A stretch of DNA of 21,178 nucleotides from Nanobdellota archaeon. GTDB taxonomy: Archaea > Aenigmatarchaeota > Aenigmatarchaeia > QMZP01. The position numbers and the translations under genes were made by a program. Numbering within the stretch: the first letter of the stretch is position 1; the number at the start of each line of letters is the position of its first letter. Positions 8,039-14,419 of this stretch are shown piece after piece. The stretch covers positions 1 through 21,178 of the forward strand of contig JBDRJQ010000039.1 in assembly GCA_043814765.1 (NCBI GenBank), given 5' to 3'. A model generated the notes under the pieces. That model saw only the letters and a program-made list of their open reading frames with translations, made no database searches and was not told where the DNA came from.

Positions 8039-8056
8039 ACATATTTCAGCTGGTTC
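8028..8056 (+). promoter_or_regulatory. 12-bp RNA hairpin just upstream of the hisS RBS
   Basis: GAACTGGCTGAA-CATAT-TTCAGCTGGTTC with two G-U pairs. AAGGAG at 8068-8073. Confidence 0.55.
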
Positions 8057-8079
8057 AACAAACTATAAAGGAGAAGATT

Positions 8080-9336
8080 ATGTCGTTTAAGCGCCCTAAA
8101 GGAACCCGGGATTTTCTTCCCGAGGATATGGTGAAGAGAAGATGGCTGTTTGACATAGGTAGGCCTGTGTTTGAGAAGTATGGTTATGGTGAGATAGAGA
8201 CGCCTGCATTTGAGACGCTGGAGCTCCTGACGTGCAAGGACAGTCTTGGTGATGAGGCTGTCAAGGACATTTACAGATTCAAAGACAAGGGCGGAAGGAA
8301 TCTAGGTCTTAGATTTGATCCAACTACACCAATAGCACGTGTCATTGCTTCAGACAGATCATTGAAGCTCCCAGTAAAATGGTGTTACAACTTTGTTCCA
8401 ATGTGGAGATATGAAGACACTGCAAAGGGTCGATACAGAGAATTCTACCAAGCAGGTGTAGAGTTTATTGGTTCATCTGCTCCTGAAGCAGACGCTGAGG
8501 TGTTAATGGTTGTAATAGATTATCTTTTAGCTGCTGGTTTAAAGAATTTCACGCTGCGCATCAACAGCCGCAAAGTGCTTGATGTGCTGGCAAAAAAGCT
8601 TGCAATAAACAATCCAATGGATGCATTCAGGATTCTTGACAAACTGGACAAGCAGGGAGAGAAGCAGGTTAAGGCGGAGCTTTCAGAGTTCCTTGATGAA
8701 AAACAGATAAGTGAAATATTTCACTTCATAAAACTTTCACCAGAAGGAGCAAGGAGTTATCTTGGCATGAAAGCACTGGATGTTGAAGAAGTTGTCGCTG
8801 CGATGCCGGCAAAATACAAGAAGTTTGTAAAGGTGGATTTCAGCATAGCTCGGGGACTGGATTACTACACAGGCTTCATATTCGAGACACTTATTAAAGG
8901 GCAGGAAAGCCTTGGCAGTGTTGCCTCTGGAGGACGCTATGACAATCTTATAGAAAAGTATGGCGGCGAGCCTACGCCTGCTACAGGTGTTGGCATAGGT
9001 GTTGAAAGGGTTTTGGAAATTCTTGAAATAAAGAAAATGTTTCCCAAAAATCTCCGCGCAGGGCCAAAGGTCTTTGTTATCCCAATAGATGAAAAAACAA
9101 AGAATGAAGCTTTCCGCATGACGCAGGAGCTCCGCTCTAAAGGAATATCCGCAGACACGGATATTGCTGGAAGGAAGTTCAAAAAGAACCTTGATTACGC
9201 TGTTTCTCAGGGAATCCCTTATGTCATAATAATTGGTGAAAAGGAGATCAAACAAAAAAAATACGTTCTAAAAGACATGAAAGCCAGAAAGGAGAGTAAG
9301 TTATCTATTTCTAGCATTGTGAAGAAATTGAAATAA
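8080..9336 (+). CDS. hisS: histidyl-tRNA synthetase
   Basis: PKGTRDFLP, LRFDPT, WRYE...GRYREFYQ, RGLDYYTG, GGRYDNL, GIGVER, and a C-terminal anticodon-binding domain. Confidence 0.98.
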   Translation: MSFKRPKGTRDFLPEDMVKRRWLFDIGRPVFEKYGYGEIETPAFETLELLTCKDSLGDEAVKDIYRFKDKGGRNLGLRFDPTTPIARVIASDRSLKLPVKWCYNFVPMWRYEDTAKGRYREFYQAGVEFIGSSAPEADAEVLMVVIDYLLAAGLKNFTLRINSRKVLDVLAKKLAINNPMDAFRILDKLDKQGEKQVKAELSEFLDEKQISEIFHFIKLSPEGARSYLGMKALDVEEVVAAMPAKYKKFVKVDFSIARGLDYYTGFIFETLIKGQESLGSVASGGRYDNLIEKYGGEPTPATGVGIGVERVLEILEIKKMFPKNLRAGPKVFVIPIDEKTKNEAFRMTQELRSKGISADTDIAGRKFKKNLDYAVSQGIPYVIIIGEKEIKQKKYVLKDMKARKESKLSISSIVKKLK

Positions 9337-9368
9337 TCACTTAACCAGCTTCAAGTGCGCACAGGATT
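9333..9368. repeat. direct repeat copy 1 (displaced DUF357 3' end)
   Basis: ATAATCACTTAACCAGCTTCAAGTGCGCACAGGATT, 33/36 identical to 9874-9909. Confidence 0.92.
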
Positions 9369-9374
9369 AGCAAT

Positions 9375-9412
9375 AACTTTATAAACCATAGACTTCTATA
9401 GATTACTATGGT
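9375..9412 (+). promoter_or_regulatory. TA promoter and palindromic operator
   Basis: AACTTTATAAA TATA followed by the dyad ACCATAG-act-TCTATAGA-tta-CTATGGT (9385-9412), which overlaps the antitoxin ATG. Confidence 0.7.
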
Positions 9413-9626
9413 AACGTCGATACAAATAAGTGAAAATCTTCAACACAAACTGAAGGATAGAAAAATTTCAGATAGCGAAAGTTATGAAGAGGTTATTTGG
9501 GATCTGATTGAGGATACTATGACTCTGAGTGAAGAGACAAAAAAGGAGCTTGCCGAAGCAAGGGAAGAGATTAAGGAAGGCAAATTTGTAACTCTTGAAC
9601 AGATTAAACAGGAGATGGAAGACTAA
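9408..9626 (+). CDS. archaeal RelB-like antitoxin
   Basis: N-terminal TSIQIS..L..KL....ESYEEVIWDLIE DNA-binding-like segment and an acidic tail (AREEIKEGKFVTLEQI). TAATG coupling to the toxin. Confidence 0.85.
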   Translation: MVTSIQISENLQHKLKDRKISDSESYEEVIWDLIEDTMTLSEETKKELAEAREEIKEGKFVTLEQIKQEMED

Positions 9627-9877
9627 TGTATACAGTTTTGTTGTCTCTAATTGCAAAGAGGCAATTACAAAAACTCGAAAAAAATCTTCAAAAGAGAATA
9701 ATAGCAGTTCTTGAAAGAATAAGACTTCATCCAGAAAAATATGTAAAAAGAATTGTAGGTGACAGAGGATACAGGCTTCGCGTGGGTGATTATAGAATAA
9801 TTATGGATATAGATAAAGAAAAACTCCTTATCCTTGTTATAAAAATCAGCCATAGAAGAAGTGTTTACAAAGGATAA
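9626..9877 (+). CDS. relE: RelE/ParE-family toxin (mRNA interferase)
   Basis: MYTV....AKRQLQKL, YRLRVGDYRII and C-terminal HRRSVY. Confidence 0.93.
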   Translation: MYTVLLSLIAKRQLQKLEKNLQKRIIAVLERIRLHPEKYVKRIVGDRGYRLRVGDYRIIMDIDKEKLLILVIKISHRRSVYKG

Positions 9878-9909
9878 TCACTTAACCAGCTTCAGATGCG
9901 CGCAGGATT
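9874..9909. repeat. direct repeat copy 2 (current DUF357 3' end)
   Basis: ATAATCACTTAACCAGCTTCAGATGCGCGCAGGATT. Confidence 0.92.
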
Positions 9910-10159
9910 CATAGATTCCCCATGCATAAATAACAGCTTCAAAAGCTCTAATCCAATCATCCTTGTCCATAAAATAATAGCAGTCTTGCATGTAGGCGTT
10001 CATGTTCTTTATGACTGATTTTATATGCTGTTCATCCAAACGGCCTGTAGATTTTATGCCCCTGGTTTCCTTTTCAAGTTTCTTTAACCATTTCAGTGTT
10101 TCCTTTTTCAGCTCCTCTTTAGTAGAATTGGTATTCATTTCAGGATTTTCTTTGGGCAT
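9878..10159 (-). CDS. DUF357-family protein
   Basis: NMNAYMQDCYYFMDKDDWIRAFEAVIYAWG matches the archaeal DUF357 pattern. The start could be 10138. Confidence 0.8.
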   Translation of the reverse strand: MPKENPEMNTNSTKEELKKETLKWLKKLEKETRGIKSTGRLDEQHIKSVIKNMNAYMQDCYYFMDKDDWIRAFEAVIYAWGIYESCAHLKLVK

Positions 10160-10217
10160 ATAAATTATATTATCTTAATAATAGATAAGACTACCTTGAA
10201 TCTGTTAGGTGAGATGC

Positions 10218-12536
10218 ATGTCTGAGAATTCTTATGCCATAAGACTTGAAGAAGTTGACAGGAGCAATAAGAAGGTTGGCAATAAAGCAGCCAATTTGGG
10301 CGAGCTGATCAAAGCTGGCTTGCCTGTTCCCAAAGGGTTTGCTTTAACAACAGACGCCTATGAAGTTTTTATCCGGGCCAATAAAATAGAAGATAAAATT
10401 AGCAGCGCCCTAAACAATCTGGATGTTAATGATGCTGAAAGACTGGACTCTGTTTCTAATGAAATAAGAGAGTTAATACTGAACGGAGACGTTCCTGATT
10501 TTATTAGAAACTACATAAAAGAGGATTATGAAGACCTTTCCATTGGAAGGGATGTAAAGAAGCTTGGCGGTATTGCGCTTGATCTTGTGAAAACAGGAAG
10601 GGGAAACGACTTTGTTGCTGTACGCTCTTCTGCAATAGCAGAGGACATGTCAGAAGCCAGTTTTGCCGGACAGATGACATCGGTTCTAAATGTCTCAGGC
10701 ATGGACAATTTATTGTTGGCTGTAAAAAGATGCTGGGCATCGTTGTTCACTAGCCGTGCAATGTTCTACAGAAAAAACAAGGGATTTGATAAATTGCCGT
10801 CAATGGGTGTTGTTGTTCAAAAAATGGTCAATGCCGATAAGGCCGGTGTTATATTCACTGCTGATCCGACAAATAACGACGACTCCAAAATAATTATAGA
10901 ATCTGCATGGGGTCTTGGTGAAGTTGTTGCATCTGGTCTGATAACACCAGATGAATATGTTGTTGATAAAGAATCCGGCCGGATTGTTAAGAAACGTGTT
11001 GGCAAGAAATCATTTCTTAGAACGCGTGACGGGATGTCAGGTAAAACAGTGCAGTTCAATGTTCCAAAAGAAGATGTCATGAGAGAGAGCCTTAATGATA
11101 ACGAAATTAAAAAAATCTGGGAAATGGCTAATAATATAGAGAGCCAGTGTAGCGGACAGCCGCAAGATATTGAGTGGTGCATAGAAAAGAACAGATTATT
11201 TTTTGTTCAGACTCGGCCAATAACCACGCTGAGAATGGAAGCTAAACAAGAGAAAGAACTGAAAGGAGATGAGAAGCTTCTGATAGAAGGCATAGGTGCT
11301 TCACCAGGCGTGGTTGAAGGAAGAGTAAAGATAGTAGCTAATATTGGAGACATCAGCAAAGTGGAAGATGGAGATGTTCTAGTAACAGCAATGACTTCTC
11401 CTGCAATGGTTTCAGCAATGAAAAAAACTGCGGCCATAATAACTGATGAGGGAGGAAGAACATGTCACGCGGCAATCGTTAGCCGTGAACTCGGTATCCC
11501 TTGCATAGTTGGAACAGAAAAGGCAACTAGCGTTCTGAAAGACGGTGATTTGATTACAGTTGACGCGGCTAATGGAAGAGTTTATGAAAGCACTGTTGCT
11601 CCAGCTAATGATGAAACACTGTTTGAAGTGAGTGAAGAAATGCTCTCCAGCAATATTACTGCTACAAAGATAAAGGCAAACCTGGCTTATTCACATGCTG
11701 CTGAAAATGTAGCCAAGCAATCAGACGGTGTTGGATTATTGCGTGTTGAGCATATGCTTACAGAGTCTGGAAGGCATCCTGCTTACATGGCCAGAACAAA
11801 CCCAGAAGAACTGATTGAATTGATTGTTAATGAGGTTGGCAAAATAGCCAGAGCTTATCATCCAAAACCTGTCTGGTACAGAAGTCTTGACGCCAGAACA
11901 GATGAGTTTAAGGAGCTACAGGGAGGTGAAGAGGAACCCAACGAATCAAATCCTATGCTAGGATGGCATGGCATAAGGCGCAGCATTGACCAGCCTGAAG
12001 TCTTCAGGTGCGAGATAGAGGCATTGAGAAGATTGAGGGAGCAGGGATTTGATAACATATCTATTATTTTACCGTTTGTTTCCAATGTAGAAGAGATAAG
12101 GCAGGCCAAGAGGTTTTTGACCTTTCCGATAAAGCTGGGAGTGATGATAGAAACTCCTGCGTCTGTTGTTCAGCTGGATAATTTCTGCAAAGAGGGCATT
12201 GATTTTGTATCAATTGGCTCAAATGACCTGACACAGCTTACACTGGGTGTAGACAGAAACAACACTAAGATTGCACACCTTTATTCAGAAATGCATCCTG
12301 CAATAGCAACGCTCATAAACCACGCCATAAAAGTGTGCAAGAAAAATAAAATTGAAATATCCGTATGTGGAGAAGTCGCAAGCGACCCGCAGATGGCTGA
12401 AAGACTGATAGAAATGGGTGTTGATTCCCTGTCTGTTGAGATGGATGCCATAGACGAGATAAGAAGGGTTGTTGCCAGGGCAGAGCGCAAGATGCTGCTT
12501 GATAAAGTAAGGAAAAGAAATGAAAATGTTTATTAA
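10218..12536 (+). CDS. ppsA: phosphoenolpyruvate synthase (pyruvate, water dikinase)
   Basis: GNKAANLGEL, VAVRSSA..ED...SFAGQ, DIEW, QTRPIT, phospho-His motif GGRTCHAAIVSRELG, ESNPMLGWHG, SIGSNDLTQ and CGE. The track's GTG 10209 lies inside the SD AGGTGA, so ATG 10218 is preferred. Confidence 0.95.
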   Translation: MSENSYAIRLEEVDRSNKKVGNKAANLGELIKAGLPVPKGFALTTDAYEVFIRANKIEDKISSALNNLDVNDAERLDSVSNEIRELILNGDVPDFIRNYIKEDYEDLSIGRDVKKLGGIALDLVKTGRGNDFVAVRSSAIAEDMSEASFAGQMTSVLNVSGMDNLLLAVKRCWASLFTSRAMFYRKNKGFDKLPSMGVVVQKMVNADKAGVIFTADPTNNDDSKIIIESAWGLGEVVASGLITPDEYVVDKESGRIVKKRVGKKSFLRTRDGMSGKTVQFNVPKEDVMRESLNDNEIKKIWEMANNIESQCSGQPQDIEWCIEKNRLFFVQTRPITTLRMEAKQEKELKGDEKLLIEGIGASPGVVEGRVKIVANIGDISKVEDGDVLVTAMTSPAMVSAMKKTAAIITDEGGRTCHAAIVSRELGIPCIVGTEKATSVLKDGDLITVDAANGRVYESTVAPANDETLFEVSEEMLSSNITATKIKANLAYSHAAENVAKQSDGVGLLRVEHMLTESGRHPAYMARTNPEELIELIVNEVGKIARAYHPKPVWYRSLDARTDEFKELQGGEEEPNESNPMLGWHGIRRSIDQPEVFRCEIEALRRLREQGFDNISIILPFVSNVEEIRQAKRFLTFPIKLGVMIETPASVVQLDNFCKEGIDFVSIGSNDLTQLTLGVDRNNTKIAHLYSEMHPAIATLINHAIKVCKKNKIEISVCGEVASDPQMAERLIEMGVDSLSVEMDAIDEIRRVVARAERKMLLDKVRKRNENVY

Positions 12537-12560
12537 TTCTAAAAAAAATTAAACACTTAC

Positions 12561-12601
12561 ATAGCTAAACAATTATTATGTAATAATATGTTTAGGGCTA
12601 T
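12561..12601. promoter_or_regulatory. 41-bp imperfect palindrome
   Basis: ATAG-CTAAACA-ATTATTA-tg-TAATAAT-a-TGTTTAG-gg-CTAT, upstream of the promoter-like AAAGCTTAAAAAAC (12641-12654). Confidence 0.5.
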
Positions 12602-12674
12602 TGGTTTAGAAAATACCTAAAAATGACTCAAAAGAACCGCAAAGCTTAAAAAACTTACTTATGTAAAAAACAGT

Positions 12675-14282
12675 ATGAAGCTAAATATCAATGGTTTATC
12701 TGCAGTATTTATTTTGTTAACTTTAACATTAGTTTTAACAGCATCCGCAGTATCTGCATATGATTATTTTGTTGAAGCTGAAAATATGAATTTAGACAAT
12801 GAGTTTGAGGTTTTAGTAGATTCATCAGCTAGAGGCGGTTTATTTGTCAACTCTCCAAACTTTGGAAGATTCTTTGTTTGCTCTGATGGTGAGACAGCTC
12901 CGGTAATGACAACAACTGTTTATATACAACAGAGCGGAACATACATGCTTGGTGCAAGAACAAAAGCTCCAGGCACATCAGATGACAGTTTTTGCATACA
13001 GATAGATAACGGAGAAAAGACTGGTTGGGGAGTTCCTCTAAGCACGTCTTGGGAATGGAACAACGCTTATGATTATTATCTTAGCGCAGGAACACACACA
13101 ATAAAATTCTTCATGAGAGAAGATGGAACAAATCTTGATGCTATAAGGCTTACTTCAGATCAGCCACAAGACTGCAACGAAGGCTATTTGAATGATTATC
13201 AGTGCAATGGTAATTGGAAGCAGAAACTTTACCAATATGAAAGCTGTGAAACCCAGTGGATAAACTGGGATTACTGTGAAGATGGATGCTCTGGTGGAAC
13301 TTGCTACGAAGACAAAGACATCTGTTCTGTTGATGTGTCTTCATTGAATTTTGATGACAGAATAACCGAAGGTCAGAGCACAACAATAAAGGCAAGGGCA
13401 AAAAACACAGGAGATGTCTGGCAAAAGGTTACAATTAATATTTTTGTTGATGGCGTTCTAAAGGATGTTTCCAGTGATAACCTAAGCCCAGGAGAAACCT
13501 ACACGCGAACCCTGATAATTGCTCCTAGCGCAGGAACGCACACAATCAAGGTAAGGGCATTCACAGACTGTGGCGGATCAGATACCACATACGAGACTCT
13601 TACAGTGCTTCATCCTTCAGAACCGTACCCACCAATATGTGATTATGACAATAAATGTGAGTCATGGGAAAGTTCAAATTGCGGTGACTGCACAACAAAT
13701 TTCCAGTGCGACTATGACAACATATGCGAAAGCTGGGAGAACAGCAACTGCGCAGACTGCAGCGGCAATTTAGAGTGCGATTATGATAACAAATGCGAAA
13801 CATGGGAAAGCGGTAATTGTCAAGACTGCATAGCAAACAGGCCTGTTACAGCTAACACAGAAGTGACCTTCTTCCCATCAAAGCTTGATTTGAAACTATT
13901 CGAGGGCAAGATAATAACAATAAACATCGATTCAAGGTATTCACAAACATTCAGCATAGACGTGGACGGAGTGCCATCAAGCTGGCTATCATACACTGAA
14001 ACAGTTTCAGTGGATGATGAAGACAAGGTTTATGTTTACATAACACCTAAAACTCCCGGACTGTATGATGTTGACATCTCAGTAAGGGCGCAGAGCGAAG
14101 GCCGTGAGTTCGAAAAAACAATCAGCATGTTCGTAAGCGAAGACGCTGACGGAACAGGAGTTCCAATAACCGGCTTGATATCAGTAAGCGATCAGCAAGT
14201 CCTTGTTGGCGTGGGCGTTCTGGTAATAATTATAATCGTAGTTCTTGGCGTAATACTTCTTAGAAGGCCAAGCTACTGGTAG
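12675..14282 (+). CDS. membrane-anchored cell-surface protein (CBM6/35-like jelly roll, Cys-rich modules, CARDB/Ig-like domains, C-terminal TM)
   Basis: Signal peptide ending AVSA, VEAE...AGTHTIKF..REDG..LDAIRLT, CARDB-like AKNTG...VDG...GTHTIKV, a hydrophobic C-terminal helix and RR. Confidence 0.8.
   Translation: MKLNINGLSAVFILLTLTLVLTASAVSAYDYFVEAENMNLDNEFEVLVDSSARGGLFVNSPNFGRFFVCSDGETAPVMTTTVYIQQSGTYMLGARTKAPGTSDDSFCIQIDNGEKTGWGVPLSTSWEWNNAYDYYLSAGTHTIKFFMREDGTNLDAIRLTSDQPQDCNEGYLNDYQCNGNWKQKLYQYESCETQWINWDYCEDGCSGGTCYEDKDICSVDVSSLNFDDRITEGQSTTIKARAKNTGDVWQKVTINIFVDGVLKDVSSDNLSPGETYTRTLIIAPSAGTHTIKVRAFTDCGGSDTTYETLTVLHPSEPYPPICDYDNKCESWESSNCGDCTTNFQCDYDNICESWENSNCADCSGNLECDYDNKCETWESGNCQDCIANRPVTANTEVTFFPSKLDLKLFEGKIITINIDSRYSQTFSIDVDGVPSSWLSYTETVSVDDEDKVYVYITPKTPGLYDVDISVRAQSEGREFEKTISMFVSEDADGTGVPITGLISVSDQQVLVGVGVLVIIIIVVLGVILLRRPSYW
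13638..13829 (+). repeat. 3 x 69-bp coding tandem repeat (CDYDNxCExWExxNCxDC)
   Basis: Units start at 13638, 13707 and 13776. Confidence 0.9.
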
Positions 14283-14363
14283 AAACTTTTTAGGAAAAAG
14301 TTTCATCAAAAAACTAATTTTAGGAAAGGGCCACACCCCAAACAAGAAAAGTTTCATCAAAAC
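14282..14363. repeat. REP-like hairpin plus partial second copy
   Basis: GAAACTTTTT-AGG-AAAAAGTTTC perfect stem followed by ATCAAAA. AAAAGTTTCATCAAAA occurs at 14296 and 14347, and TTTTAGGAAA occurs twice. Confidence 0.7.
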
Positions 14364-14381
14364 TCACTGAATATTATTTTT

Positions 14382-14396
14382 AAAAAACTTTTAAAC
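14382..14396 (+). promoter_or_regulatory. BRE/TATA promoter of the RHS gene
   Basis: AAAAAACTTTTAAAC about 25 nt before ATG 14420. Confidence 0.55.
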
Positions 14397-14419
14397 CGCA
14401 GAATTAAGATTTTAAGGAT

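Larger units (their letters stand above)
9333..9909. mobile_element. inserted toxin-antitoxin cassette bounded by direct repeats
   Basis: Promoter, antitoxin and toxin lie between 36-bp repeats 541 bp apart. No recombinase is encoded. Confidence 0.65.

Noticed and set aside
10209..10217. GTG start for ppsA given by the ORF track
   Set aside because: It lies within the SD AGGTGA, and ATG 10218 has proper spacing.
13638..13829. 69-bp periodic repeats as a CRISPR array
   Set aside because: They are in-frame coding repeats with codon-position variation, no unique spacers and no cas genes.
14296..14362. Two 16-bp repeats 51 bp apart as a mini-CRISPR
   Set aside because: The repeat is too short, there are only two copies, and a duplicated hairpin element explains it better.
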